Below are positions 46,511 through 56,290 of a DNA stretch of 64,000 bases, piece by piece. The notes beneath the pieces were generated by a model that worked only from the letters and a program-made list of their open reading frames with translations, made no database searches and was not told where the DNA came from. Numbering within the stretch: the first letter of the stretch is position 1; each line of letters opens with the position of its first letter. The stretch is from contig CAVQZO010000003.1 of assembly GCA_963718545.1 (NCBI GenBank), positions 591,187 through 655,186 of the forward strand. The letters run 5' to 3'. This DNA comes from an uncultured Solirubrobacterales bacterium. Lineage in GTDB: Bacteria > Actinomycetota > Thermoleophilia > Solirubrobacterales > Solirubrobacteraceae. The translations under genes were made by a program, and so were the position numbers.

Positions 46511-47041
46511 GTGAGCCTGCTCTCGACACTGAAGATGTACTCCAAGAGGACGGACAAGTTGAGCGAACCGACCGATCTCTACAGCCACCAGGTCACGCTG
46601 CTGGACGGCCACGAGCTTGACCTGAACACCCTGCGGGGACACCCGACGCTGATCGTCAACACGGCCAGCAAGTGCGGCTACACCCCTCAGTACGCCGGCT
46701 TGCAGCATCTCTACGAGCGCTACCACGACCGGGGACTGGAGCTGCTGGGGTGCCCGTCCGGGGACTTCGCCGATCAGGAGTACGACGACAACCAGGAGAT
46801 CGGCGCCTTCTGCCAGCGCAACTACGGTGTCGGGTTTCCGCTCACCGAGCGCATGTCGGTGCGCGCCGATCCTGCGCCGCTGTGGGCGGATCTGATCCGG
46901 CAGCCGGGCTCGGCGCCTCCGGCCTGGAACTTCACCAAGTACCTGGTGGGATCCGACGGGCGGCTCGTCGCCCGCTGGGCCACCAAGACCGACCCCGAGG
47001 ACCCGGAGATCCTCGAGGCGGTGGAGAACGCGCTCAGCTGA
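46511..47041 (+). CDS. Cys-type glutathione peroxidase family protein
   Basis: NTASKCGYTPQY, QE, WNFTKYLV. Confidence 0.92.
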   Translation: MSLLSTLKMYSKRTDKLSEPTDLYSHQVTLLDGHELDLNTLRGHPTLIVNTASKCGYTPQYAGLQHLYERYHDRGLELLGCPSGDFADQEYDDNQEIGAFCQRNYGVGFPLTERMSVRADPAPLWADLIRQPGSAPPAWNFTKYLVGSDGRLVARWATKTDPEDPEILEAVENALS

Positions 47042-47045
47042 AGCG

Positions 47046-48059
47046 TCAGGATGGCGCGTCCAATAGCGCGATCTTGGCCGCAGCCGGGGCTCGATCGTGC
47101 GCCGGAACGCGAAGCTGGTTCCGGGTGGGGAACCAGGCGATCAGGCCGCCGAGGCCCGGAACCCACACGGAGATGGCGTGATAGACGAGCACCGCGCCGA
47201 CCGACGCGGCCGGCGAGAATCCGTACAGGACGAGCGCTCCGGCCAGGCCGGAATCCAGGACGCCCAGACCGGCGGGCATCGGGATCATCGTGGCCAGATA
47301 GCCGATGAAGTAGGCCACCGCCAGCGCCAGCACGCCGATCGGATGGCCGGTGGCCCGGCACGCCGCCCACAGCGCCGCCATGTCGAACAGAAGGAACCCG
47401 ACCGCGCCGAGCATCCGCCAATGGGGGCGCGTGACCGCCCGCCAGGCGCTCTCCAGCGACGTGGTGACGGACCGGATCAGCTTGGGTGCCCGCCGGTCAT
47501 AGCGCCGCCCGGCGATCAGTGCTGCGGTGGCCGCGCCCAGCACGAACAGCGAGACCAGGATCGGCACGCCCGCGTGCTCCAGGTCGTGCGGTCCGGCGCC
47601 AATACCGATCAGCAGACACGCTCCGGCCACGCCGTTGACGAAGAAGCCAAACAGCGTCAGGAAGCAGAGCATCGCCCCGCAGCGCTCGGCCAGCCGCCGC
47701 GCGCCGATGCCGTGATGGCGGAGCAGCCACGCGGAGGCGGCCGCCGAGGAGAAGTTACCGCCGGGCAGAACGGCGCCCGCGCCCATGGAGATCCAGGCCA
47801 CCTGCCGGCTGACGGCGCGAGGCGGCTCGGGAAAGAACCGCCGGAAGACCACCGGATAGCTGAAGCACGAGACCAGCTCGAAGGCCACGGCCCCGGCGAG
47901 CCAGGCCGGGTTCATGTCGCCGAGCGTGTGCAGGACCTGGCTGGGGGAGGCCACGCGCAGGAGCACCGCCACCGACACGGCGACCACAAGCAGCCCGCCG
48001 AGCCATCGCAGGACCCGTTTCCGGTCCCCGGGCAGCTGTTTGCGTTCGCTCTCCTCCAC
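47046..48059 (-). CDS. Lysylphosphatidylglycerol-synthase TM-region (YbhN/UPF0104) flippase-like protein
   Basis: About 8 TM; P.P.GLG..D, A.A.VL.Y..I..W.P. Confidence 0.82.
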   Translation of the reverse strand: MEESERKQLPGDRKRVLRWLGGLLVVAVSVAVLLRVASPSQVLHTLGDMNPAWLAGAVAFELVSCFSYPVVFRRFFPEPPRAVSRQVAWISMGAGAVLPGGNFSSAAASAWLLRHHGIGARRLAERCGAMLCFLTLFGFFVNGVAGACLLIGIGAGPHDLEHAGVPILVSLFVLGAATAALIAGRRYDRRAPKLIRSVTTSLESAWRAVTRPHWRMLGAVGFLLFDMAALWAACRATGHPIGVLALAVAYFIGYLATMIPMPAGLGVLDSGLAGALVLYGFSPAASVGAVLVYHAISVWVPGLGGLIAWFPTRNQLRVPAHDRAPAAAKIALLDAPS

Positions 48060-48227
48060 CTCGTCCTCAGTGCGACCTTGTCGGCTCGTGATTAGCGGAC
48101 GATAAGCACGAGCCCGGAAGCATCGAAGTTCGTTCGGCAAACCGTGAGCTAGGCTGGCCTTCGCCGCTCCGCAGAGGTATGGTTCCGCGTGAGAGGGCCG
48201 GCACGGATGGCGAGGCAGGTGAAGCTG

Positions 48228-49721
48228 ATGCGGGTGCGAGGGTTGACTGGGGCGATTGCGATGGCGCTTACGATGGCTGCGCCCGCAGTGGCGCACGCCA
48301 CCGTGAAGCCGGTTAACCATGTGCGGCCTCGGATCAGTGGCCGGCTCGGCGAAGGACGGATTGTGACCGCCTCCCATGGCGCCTGGACGCATGCGCCGTC
48401 GTCGTTCACCTACCGGTGGCAGCGCTGCACGAAGGCAGGCCGTTGCTCGACGATCGCGCACAGGACGACCCGCCGGTACAAGATCGGTGCCGCCGATGCG
48501 AACCACCGCATCAGGGTCGTGGTCACAGCCAGTGACGGCGTGCGGAGCAGGCCTGCTCGCAGCAAACTGACGGCCCTGGTCGGCAAGCCGTCGTCGACTC
48601 AGCCGACGACGACCTCACCTACCCCGTCGTCATCGGACGGCGGGACGCCGGCGACGGCGTACCAGCTCAATGCGCAGCACACGGGGGTCTCCGGAGACAG
48701 CTTCTCCACCACAGCGACGGAGGCTTGGTCAGCTGATCTGGGCGCCAGCATCTCCTACCCGCTGATCGTCGACGGCCAGGTGTTCGTAATCGCCGGCGAC
48801 GACAATTCCCGCGATCCCGAGCTTTACGCCCTCGATGCGAACACTGGCAATGTCAATTGGGGCCCGGTGCAGCTTGGAGGTAGTTATCCGTGGGCCGATC
48901 TGACGTATGACTCGGGGAAGGTATTCATCGTCAACAGCAGTGGGACGATGGAGGCGTTCGACGCCGGTACGGGCACGCTCGACTGGGCGACGCAGCTCCC
49001 TACGCAGTGGTCCTTCAGTGCGCCACCCACCGCCTCGAACGGCATCGTGTACACGTCCGGGGCCGGCGACGGAGGGACCGTCTATGCGGTCAATGAGGCC
49101 GACGGTTCGCTCGCCTGGACTCAGTCTGTAGAAAATGGGGATACGAGTTCGCCGGCCGTCTCGTCCAGCGGCGTGTACGTGAGCTACGCCTGCGGGCAGA
49201 GTTACGACTTTGACCCCAACACGGGCGACCTGATCTGGCACCGCGCCACCGCCTGCGAGGGTGGTGGTGGGAAGACGCCAGTGCTGGCCAATGGCCTGCT
49301 TTACGTTCGCGACAGCTCGTTCCCGGCTGTACTGGATGCGGGCTCTGGCGTCTTGCAGAGCTCCTTCCGCAGCTCTGGCCCCGCTCCCGCAGTCAGCTCG
49401 TCGATGATCTTCAACCTTGAGGGCGGCGTGCTGTACGCGGCTCCGTCCACGCCGGGATCCTCCGTCACCTGGACGTTCAGCGGCGACGGCACACTGAGCT
49501 CGGCTCCGATCGTCGCCGGCGACGAAGTGATCCTGGCCGGCACCTCCGGCGAGGTCTACGCGCTCTCGTCCTCGAACGGGAGTGTGCTTTGGCAGGGCAG
49601 TGCCGGAGCCTCGGTCCCGGCCCCCGACGAGCAGAACGTGTCCCAGCCGTTGACCGGCCTGGCCGACTCGGGAGGCCTGCTCGTGGTCCCGGCCGGCGAC
49701 ACCCTCGTCGCCTTCCGCTGA
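48228..49721 (+). CDS. Secreted protein: Ig-like domain plus PQQ-like beta-propeller
   Basis: Signal peptide; P.ISG...G..W....YRWQRC domain; Ser/Thr linker; repeated A.DA.TG...W and SSP motifs. Confidence 0.82.
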   Translation: MRVRGLTGAIAMALTMAAPAVAHATVKPVNHVRPRISGRLGEGRIVTASHGAWTHAPSSFTYRWQRCTKAGRCSTIAHRTTRRYKIGAADANHRIRVVVTASDGVRSRPARSKLTALVGKPSSTQPTTTSPTPSSSDGGTPATAYQLNAQHTGVSGDSFSTTATEAWSADLGASISYPLIVDGQVFVIAGDDNSRDPELYALDANTGNVNWGPVQLGGSYPWADLTYDSGKVFIVNSSGTMEAFDAGTGTLDWATQLPTQWSFSAPPTASNGIVYTSGAGDGGTVYAVNEADGSLAWTQSVENGDTSSPAVSSSGVYVSYACGQSYDFDPNTGDLIWHRATACEGGGGKTPVLANGLLYVRDSSFPAVLDAGSGVLQSSFRSSGPAPAVSSSMIFNLEGGVLYAAPSTPGSSVTWTFSGDGTLSSAPIVAGDEVILAGTSGEVYALSSSNGSVLWQGSAGASVPAPDEQNVSQPLTGLADSGGLLVVPAGDTLVAFR

Positions 49722-49751
49722 CCCACCCGAGTCGCTGATCCGGCGCCCCGC

Positions 49752-49778
49752 TGTCACAGGCGGGGTCGTTGTCTTGTC
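49752..49778 (+). promoter_or_regulatory. ECF41/SigJ-type promoter
   Basis: TGTCACA (49752-49758), N16, TGTC (49775-49778); resembles the ECF41 consensus TGTCACA-n16-CGTC. Confidence 0.7.
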
Positions 49779-49808
49779 TTAAGGGGTGGAGACGAGACGA
49801 CGAGGCGG

Positions 49809-50792
49809 ATGATTGGGAAACCTGCGATGACCGAGAATGAAGTTCAACTCGAGCAGCTGCGCCGGTCGGCGTTTGCCATCGCCTACCGGATGCTGGGCAG
49901 CGTCTCCGAAGCCGAGGACGTGGTGCAGGAGGCGCTGCTGCGCGTGCATCAGGCGGAGGAGAGGGGAGAGGGGATCGACTCACCGCGGGCCTATCTCGCC
50001 ACAGTGACCACCCGGCTGGCGATCAACGAGCTGCATTCGGCGCGCGCCCGGCGCGAGCAGTACTTCGGCGAGTGGCTGCCCGAGCCGATCCTCACCGATG
50101 GCGAGGATGATCCGCTCCGGCACGCCGAGATGGCCGATTCGCTGTCGGTGGCGATGCTGGTCCTGCTCGAGAGCCTGTCTCCCGAGCAACGCGCGGCGCT
50201 GCTCCTGCACGACGTGTTCGACTACGGCTATTCCGAGGTCGCCCAGATCATCGGCAAGAGCGAGGACGCGGCGCGCCAGCTCGCCAGCCGGGCCCGCCGC
50301 CAGGTTGGCGAGCGCCGGCCGCGGTTCCAAAGCTCACGGGAACAGCGAGACGAGCTCGTGCAGACGTTTCTGGCCGCCGCCCAGCAGGGCGACATGGACG
50401 GTCTGGAGGCGCTGCTGGCCAACGATGTCGTGTTGAGCGGCGACGGCGGCGGGAAGGTTCCGGCACTGGCGCGCTCGCTGACCGGGCGCAACCGGGTGGC
50501 GCGGACGCTGCGCAGCTGGATGCGGATCGCCGGACGGCTTCCCGGCTTCACGTTGCGGCCGACCGAGGTGAATGGCGGCGCCGGTGTTCTGGCCACGGAC
50601 GGGCAGGGCCGGCTGATCAGCGTCTGGTCAGTGGAGATTTCGAGCGGCCAGATCCGCAGCATCCGCTCGGTGGTCAACCCGGACAAGCTCGCGCACCTCG
50701 GGGCCGTGGCCGACTTCGCGGCAATGGTGGGCCGGGGCACGACCGATGACACATCCGAAACAGAGCCTGACGACCCAGGAGGAACACCATGA
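49809..50792 (+). CDS. sigJ: ECF41 (SigJ-family) sigma factor with SnoaL-like C-terminal extension
   Basis: AYRMLGS..EAED.VQE, WLPEP, DGGG and NPDKL ECF41 motifs. Confidence 0.9.
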   Translation: MIGKPAMTENEVQLEQLRRSAFAIAYRMLGSVSEAEDVVQEALLRVHQAEERGEGIDSPRAYLATVTTRLAINELHSARARREQYFGEWLPEPILTDGEDDPLRHAEMADSLSVAMLVLLESLSPEQRAALLLHDVFDYGYSEVAQIIGKSEDAARQLASRARRQVGERRPRFQSSREQRDELVQTFLAAAQQGDMDGLEALLANDVVLSGDGGGKVPALARSLTGRNRVARTLRSWMRIAGRLPGFTLRPTEVNGGAGVLATDGQGRLISVWSVEISSGQIRSIRSVVNPDKLAHLGAVADFAAMVGRGTTDDTSETEPDDPGGTP

Positions 50793-51280
50793 CGAAGGCC
50801 AGGATTCAGAACCCCGCGCTCGTGCTGCCGGAGGCGCTCGACGCCTTTCAGAAGCTCGGCCATCTCCCGAAGCAGACGGGGGTGCCCGAGAGCACGCTGG
50901 CGCTGGTCACCCTGCGCGCCAGTCAGATCAACGGCTGCAGCGTGTGCGTGGACATCCACACCCGAGAGCTCGAGCATCTGGGCGAGAGCCCAGAGCGGAT
51001 CCACCTCGTGGCCGCGTGGCGGGAGGCGCCGTACTTCAGCGACGCTGAGCGCGCGGCCCTGGCGCTCACGGAGGCGGTCACCCGACTGGCGGACCGGCCC
51101 GATTCGGTGAGCGATGAGGTGTGGGACGAGGCCGCTCGCCACTACAGCGAGCGAGAGCTCGCCGGTTTGGTGGTGGCGATCGCGACGATCAACGCGTTCA
51201 ACCGGGTCAACGCCACCACCCGCCAGATCACCGGCGACTGGGTGGCGCGGATCGTGGAAGCGGCTTCCGCCGCCGCGTGA
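50789..51280 (+). CDS. Carboxymuconolactone decarboxylase/AhpD-family protein
   Basis: LRASQINGCSVCVDIH, WREAP.F...ERAAL, INAFNR. Confidence 0.92.
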   Translation: MTKARIQNPALVLPEALDAFQKLGHLPKQTGVPESTLALVTLRASQINGCSVCVDIHTRELEHLGESPERIHLVAAWREAPYFSDAERAALALTEAVTRLADRPDSVSDEVWDEAARHYSERELAGLVVAIATINAFNRVNATTRQITGDWVARIVEAASAAA

Positions 51281-52861
51281 TCAGCGGAGCAGCAGCATGC
51301 GATACACCACCATCCGCTGGCCGCGGGTCACCGTGATCGTGTAGTAGCCCTTGGCCGGCGTCTTGCCGGCGACCTTGAGCACGACCCGGTGCCAGGCGGT
51401 GGTCAGTCGCTTGATCCGGGTCGTCTGGACGGGACTCTCCAGGTGCCGGACCTGTAGCACGGGCCCACGCATCCTGCCGCGCCGCGTCCGCATCTTGACC
51501 ACGACCCCGGGACCGTGCTTGTTCAGCCCGAGGGAGCGGAACTCCACGTTCGTCCGGCCCGTCGGCAACGGGGCGAACGAGTTGCCCTCGGAGATCGAGC
51601 TGCAGCCGTTCGTGGGCGTTCCGCCACTGAGGACCTGATTGATGAACGCGAATGCGCCGGTCTCGAACGGCACCGCGGCGTTGGTGTGGGTGAATCCGCT
51701 GCCCTTGTACTCGTTGAACTGCACGGATACCCCGCGCCTGCAGTACGTGTGGGCAAGCGTCTCGTCATCGGCGGCGACCATCACGCTATCGCCGGTGCCG
51801 TCGGCGTTGCCCACCCCCATGAACAGCGGCTCCTTGGGCGTTCCGGTGCGGCTCATGATCATGTGGTTGTTGATCTTGGCGAAGCGCCGCACCGCAAAGA
51901 AGTCCTTGTAGCGCCGCTTGAGCAGCTTCTCGATCGTGAGCCCGGGATAGGTGCCGAGGAACGTGTTGATGCACCCGCCCGATACCTGCCGGGCGATCTT
52001 GCGACCGTAGGCCGACTCGTACTTGACGCCGTTGATGTGGAACGCCCGGGACGTTCCCACCAGTACCGCGGGAATTACCCCGGACCAACTCGAGCTGCCG
52101 TTGATGTAGGCCAGGTTGTGGGCGAAATAGGCGGGGATCCCGCCTGCGGCGGCGCCGACGATATCCAGGCTACTGGCGTACTTGGGCTGCAGCTCGGCGG
52201 CGAACTCAGTCGCGATCGAGCCTCCCGAATAGCCCACCATCGTCACTGGTGTGGACTTCTGCGCGAGCTTGAGCCACTGCTCGGTGGCGCGGATGCCGTC
52301 CAGCGTGCCGTAGCCGGATTCCTGCCCGGCCCCCCAATCCAGGTGCACGCTCTCGTAGTCCGGGACGATCACGGTGTAGCCCTCCTCGCGCGCGTACTGC
52401 ACGAGGAACTGCTCCTCGTCCGCGGCGGTCGAGTAGCTGCGGTTGCCACCCTGGAGCGTGTAGGAGGGGTCGCAGATGGGTCCGAGCGCGTCGTAGGCGG
52501 TCTGGTAGGAGACGATCTTGCTCGCGTTCGGGCCCGCGATCAGCGGCCGAATGGCTGTGACCACGGTTATCGTGGGCCTGCGCAGCTCGGTCGTCGTTCG
52601 GTAGAGGAGCTGCTCCCCGGTGACGCCAGGCTCGGGCAGCCCGGTCGCGTCATCGACGATCGTGACCTGGCGCTTCTTGAGGACCGTGCCCGGCTTCACG
52701 TTCTTCAGCGACCCGCCATAGCTGTAGAACGGGTCCTTCGACGGGAACTGCGGCCCGCTGGCCGACGACGCGAAGGCGCCGGAGACCAGAACGAGCGCGA
52801 CAACGACCGCACTCAGCCCGAGCAGGACCGCGCCAAGATTGCGATTCAGTCTCCCGATCAT
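51281..52861 (-). CDS. Secretory lipase (LIP family) with C-terminal extension
   Basis: Signal peptide; SYQ.AYD, VPDYE, GYSGG nucleophile. Confidence 0.85.
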   Translation of the reverse strand: MIGRLNRNLGAVLLGLSAVVVALVLVSGAFASSASGPQFPSKDPFYSYGGSLKNVKPGTVLKKRQVTIVDDATGLPEPGVTGEQLLYRTTTELRRPTITVVTAIRPLIAGPNASKIVSYQTAYDALGPICDPSYTLQGGNRSYSTAADEEQFLVQYAREEGYTVIVPDYESVHLDWGAGQESGYGTLDGIRATEQWLKLAQKSTPVTMVGYSGGSIATEFAAELQPKYASSLDIVGAAAGGIPAYFAHNLAYINGSSSWSGVIPAVLVGTSRAFHINGVKYESAYGRKIARQVSGGCINTFLGTYPGLTIEKLLKRRYKDFFAVRRFAKINNHMIMSRTGTPKEPLFMGVGNADGTGDSVMVAADDETLAHTYCRRGVSVQFNEYKGSGFTHTNAAVPFETGAFAFINQVLSGGTPTNGCSSISEGNSFAPLPTGRTNVEFRSLGLNKHGPGVVVKMRTRRGRMRGPVLQVRHLESPVQTTRIKRLTTAWHRVVLKVAGKTPAKGYYTITVTRGQRMVVYRMLLLR

Positions 52862-53029
52862 CCGAGTTCACCCCTGTCTGTTGCCGACTCTTGATCCCGG
52901 ACTGAGCGGGACACTAGCCCGGCGGGGGCGAGGGTGCGCCGGTAGCGGGGGCGCCGACCCCCGCGGCGCACGCCTTCTAGCATCGTGTCGGTGACGAGTG
53001 GCGGCGCCGGGGAGGCTGGGGCAGACGTG

Positions 53030-53629
53030 ATGGATGTCATCCTGCTCGCCGAGTGGCGCCGGAACATGTTTGCCATTTACCGGGAGGTACGTGAGGCGGC
53101 CTCGCCGGACGTCGCCCACGCAATCTGGCGCGCGCGGCGCGACGAGCTCTTCAGCACCCACCCGAGCACCCCGCTGCCAGTGGGCGATCCCCTGAGGACC
53201 ACCGGCCTTCCCTGCTGGCCATATGACCCCCGGTGGCGATTCGAACTAGAGATCGCCCCAGCGACCACGGCAACGAACCTCGCCGTGAATACGGGGGACG
53301 CGCAGAGCACGAATATGCGGCAGCTTGGGTCGGTCCAGTTGCCGGCGCCGCTGGACAGCACGTTGGACGTCTGGTGGCTCGAGCAGTACGGCGGTGGGCT
53401 GTTCCTACCGATTCGGGACGGAACCGCGGGGGAGACGACCTATGGAGGCGGCCGGTATCTCCTGGACACCGCGAAGGGAGCCGACCTCGGCACGACGGGT
53501 CGCCGGTTGACCATCGACTTCAACTTCCTCTACCACCCGTCGTGCCGCTACGACAGCTCCTGGCTCTGTCCGCTCGCGCCGGCGGGGAACAGGATCGCCG
53601 CGGCGATCGAGGCCGGGGAGCGGATGTGA
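53030..53629 (+). CDS. DUF1684-family protein
   Basis: TYGGGRYL, DFNFLYHPSC.Y...W.CPL.P..N. Confidence 0.85.
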   Translation: MDVILLAEWRRNMFAIYREVREAASPDVAHAIWRARRDELFSTHPSTPLPVGDPLRTTGLPCWPYDPRWRFELEIAPATTATNLAVNTGDAQSTNMRQLGSVQLPAPLDSTLDVWWLEQYGGGLFLPIRDGTAGETTYGGGRYLLDTAKGADLGTTGRRLTIDFNFLYHPSCRYDSSWLCPLAPAGNRIAAAIEAGERM

Positions 53630-53632
53630 GGA

Positions 53633-54622
53633 TCAGTGCGTGAGCTCGTCCGGCACGACGACCAACTTGCGCTCGCGCTCGCCGCGCAACACCGTGAGGA
53701 TGATCCGGCTGCCGATGCTGTCGGCATCCATCGCCTCCTGAAGCCCGGTGATCCCACTGATTGGTCGCCCATCCAACTCGACGATCAGGTCGCCGGCCCG
53801 CAGGCCGGCGACATCAGCAGCTCCTCCGGATACGGCGCTCGTCACCTCGATGGCGTCGCTCTGCCCGTAGCGATCCCGCAGCGATGGTGGGATGGGACGC
53901 GGCGCGCCGGCGATCCCGAGGTATCCGCGGCGGACGCGACCGTCCGTGATCAGAGCGCCGATGATGCGCCGGGTGGCTCGGTTGATCGGCACGGCAAGCC
54001 CCAGCCCGAAACCGGCCAGCGCGGTGTTGATGCCGACCACCTTCCCGGCACTGGCGACCAGCGCTCCGCCGGAGTTGCCCGGGTTCAGAGAGGCATCGGT
54101 CTGGATCACGTTGTCGATCGTGCGCACCATCTCACCCTCCCGGGCGGGCAGGGAGCGTCCGAGCGCCGAGACCACCCCGGCGGTGACGGAGCCGGCGAAC
54201 CCGTGCGGATTGCCGATCGCGACGACCAGCTGGCCGACCTGTAGCGACTCGGCGTCACCGAGCGTGGCCGGATGGAGCCCGCCGTCCTCGGCGCGCAGGA
54301 TGGCCAGATCGGTCAGGCGATCACTCCCGACGGGGTCGAAGCGCAGCTCGCTGCCGTCGACGAACGAGGCCACGCCCCCCCGCAGCTGGCGGCCGCGGCG
54401 CCCGGTGATCACGTGGGCCGAGGTGAGGAGGAAGCCGTCAGCGGTCAGCACCACGGCGCTGCCGGCGCCGACCGGGACCTGCTCGCCGTCACGCCGGCGA
54501 CCGATCACCCGCAGGTTGGCCACCGCGGGCGACACCTCTTTGGCGATGCGTGACACGACCACGCTGTAGGCATCAAGCGCCTCCTCGTCGGTCGGCCTTG
54601 GTTCAGCTGTGGCGCTGATCAT
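53633..54622 (-). CDS. Trypsin-like (HtrA/S1C) serine protease with PDZ, no signal peptide
   Basis: LTSAHV (His), TDLA (Asp), NPGNSGG (Ser); PDZ region GDLIV.LDG. Confidence 0.93.
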   Translation of the reverse strand: MISATAEPRPTDEEALDAYSVVVSRIAKEVSPAVANLRVIGRRRDGEQVPVGAGSAVVLTADGFLLTSAHVITGRRGRQLRGGVASFVDGSELRFDPVGSDRLTDLAILRAEDGGLHPATLGDAESLQVGQLVVAIGNPHGFAGSVTAGVVSALGRSLPAREGEMVRTIDNVIQTDASLNPGNSGGALVASAGKVVGINTALAGFGLGLAVPINRATRRIIGALITDGRVRRGYLGIAGAPRPIPPSLRDRYGQSDAIEVTSAVSGGAADVAGLRAGDLIVELDGRPISGITGLQEAMDADSIGSRIILTVLRGERERKLVVVPDELTH

Positions 54623-55488
54623 GTCGGCAGCGCCACAGTCAGAGTCAGTTCGTCGGTGCCACGCATCACGCGAAGCTGAAGCTCGGAGCCGGCTGCGCGA
54701 TCAAGGGCCATGTACAGCCGATCGAGGTCGTTGAGTTCCGCGTCCCCCGCGGAGAGAAGGACGTCTCCGCGTGCGATGCCGGAGCGCTGGGCCGGACTTC
54801 CGGGGGCGACTCCCTGGACGAGCAGGCCAGTCACGGGCTCCAGCCCGACCGCGGCGCGCATGCGGCGCGTCTGCCTGGGTCCGGAAACGGCCACGCCCAG
54901 GTGCGCCGGAGCGGTGGACCCGCCGCTGGCCAGCGTCTCGGCCCGCTCGCGCAGCGCCGCTGCCGGCCAGGCGACGATCAGGCCACCGTCCCGGCGGATC
55001 GCGTTGAGCCCGAGGATGCGGCCGGCGGCGTCCACGAGCGGGCCTCCGCCCGAACTCCGGGGGAGCGGCGCCGTGTGCTCGATCGCGCCTTCGATCAGGC
55101 GTCCCGCAGGACCGCGGATCGCCCTGGGGTCACTGCAGACCACGCCGGCGGTTACCCGCAGGCCATACCCGGCCGGATCCGCCAGCGCGAACACCTCGGT
55201 GCCGATCCTCACATCTCCGGCCGGCGCCCAGGCGGCGCCCGGGTGGTCTGCGCTGTCATCAATGCGCAGCACTGCCAGATCGACCGATCGGTCCGAACCG
55301 GCCAGGCGCGCTGGGAGCTCGCGGTCGCCGATTCGGACCGTGAGCTCGTCCTGCCTCACGTTGCGGGCCAGGGTCACTGCCAGGCCGGGGGCGACCAGCA
55401 CGCCCGAACCCCCTCGCGATCCGTGTCTCAGGCCGATTACCGCCGGGCCGACATCGGCCGCGAGCTGAGAGATTATGGACCCCGTCAT
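54619..55488 (-). CDS. HtrA-like/PDZ protein lacking the catalytic His
   Basis: AVTLARNV where the paralog has LTSAHV; VDLAV and RSSGGPL retained; PDZ; ATGA overlap. Confidence 0.8.
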   Translation of the reverse strand: MTGSIISQLAADVGPAVIGLRHGSRGGSGVLVAPGLAVTLARNVRQDELTVRIGDRELPARLAGSDRSVDLAVLRIDDSADHPGAAWAPAGDVRIGTEVFALADPAGYGLRVTAGVVCSDPRAIRGPAGRLIEGAIEHTAPLPRSSGGGPLVDAAGRILGLNAIRRDGGLIVAWPAAALRERAETLASGGSTAPAHLGVAVSGPRQTRRMRAAVGLEPVTGLLVQGVAPGSPAQRSGIARGDVLLSAGDAELNDLDRLYMALDRAAGSELQLRVMRGTDELTLTVALPT

Positions 55489-55501
55489 ACAGCGACTCCT
55501 T

Positions 55502-55518
55502 ACTTGTAAGTTGCAAGT
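55502..55518. promoter_or_regulatory. Putative HxlR-family operator
   Basis: ACTTGTA-AGT-TGCAAGT inverted repeat in the 60-bp divergent gap. Confidence 0.6.
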
Positions 55519-55548
55519 CACTATACAGCGACCGATAAGCTGCTTGGC

Positions 55549-55998
55549 ATGGAAACCGTCTCGCTCGATGCGCTCGACCATGCTGTCGCCTCCGTCGGCG
55601 ACCGGTGGATGCTGCTGATCCTCGCCGCGCTGCTGGACGGCAGCCGCCGCTACGGCGAACTGCAGGAACGGATCGGCGGCATTTCCACGAGCGCGCTGGC
55701 GCAGCGCTTGGCGACCCTGGAGGCCGAGGGACTGGTTTTGGCCGAGCCCTACAGCCGGCGGCCCGTGCGGGTGCGCTACGCGCTGACCGCGGACGGCCGC
55801 GCTCTGTCGGACGCGCTGCTGGCGCTGTCGGCCTGGGGGGCCGACCGGCACGGCGAGGGCGAGGAGATCGGTCCGACCCATGCCGCGTGCGGCAGCCGGC
55901 TGGAGATCCGCTGGCACTGTCCGACCTGCGACATCGAGGTCGGGAGGCCGGGCGCGGCCACCGGCGAGATTGCCGAAGCCGCCACGTTCACCGCCTGA
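55549..55998 (+). CDS. HxlR-family winged-HTH regulator
   Basis: VGDRWMLLIL, RRYGEL...GIS...L..RL..LE..G, V.Y.LT..G; C-terminal HAACG...HCPTC. Confidence 0.9.
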   Translation: METVSLDALDHAVASVGDRWMLLILAALLDGSRRYGELQERIGGISTSALAQRLATLEAEGLVLAEPYSRRPVRVRYALTADGRALSDALLALSAWGADRHGEGEEIGPTHAACGSRLEIRWHCPTCDIEVGRPGAATGEIAEAATFTA

Positions 55999-56002
55999 GG
56001 CC

Positions 56003-56290
56003 TCAGGGCTGGATGAACCTGGCCTGGCGCAGGTCGACCCGCGCTCCGCGCATCGGTACCCCCTCATCGATCAGGCGCGACAGCTGCTCCGCGCCCTGGG
56101 TGAGGCTTCCGTCCGCGCGCACGACGCGATGCCAGGGCAGCTGATCCTCCGCACATTCCGACAGCACCCTGCCGACCAGACGCGGCGCGCGGGAATCGAT
56201 GTCCCCGTAGGTGGAGACAAACCCCTCGGGGATCGAGCGGATGCGCGCGATGATCCGCTCGCGCCGGGCGGAATCGTCCGGATCAGGCAT
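56003..56290 (-). CDS. Alkyltransferase-like (ATL) MGMT-family protein
   Basis: IPEG.VSTYGDI, R.VG, PWHRVV (Trp replaces the Cys of PCHR). Confidence 0.88.
   Translation of the reverse strand: MPDPDDSARRERIIARIRSIPEGFVSTYGDIDSRAPRLVGRVLSECAEDQLPWHRVVRADGSLTQGAEQLSRLIDEGVPMRGARVDLRQARFIQP

Noticed and set aside
46511-47041. GPx as a second selenoprotein
   Set aside because: The active site is TGC (ASKCG); no in-frame TGA.
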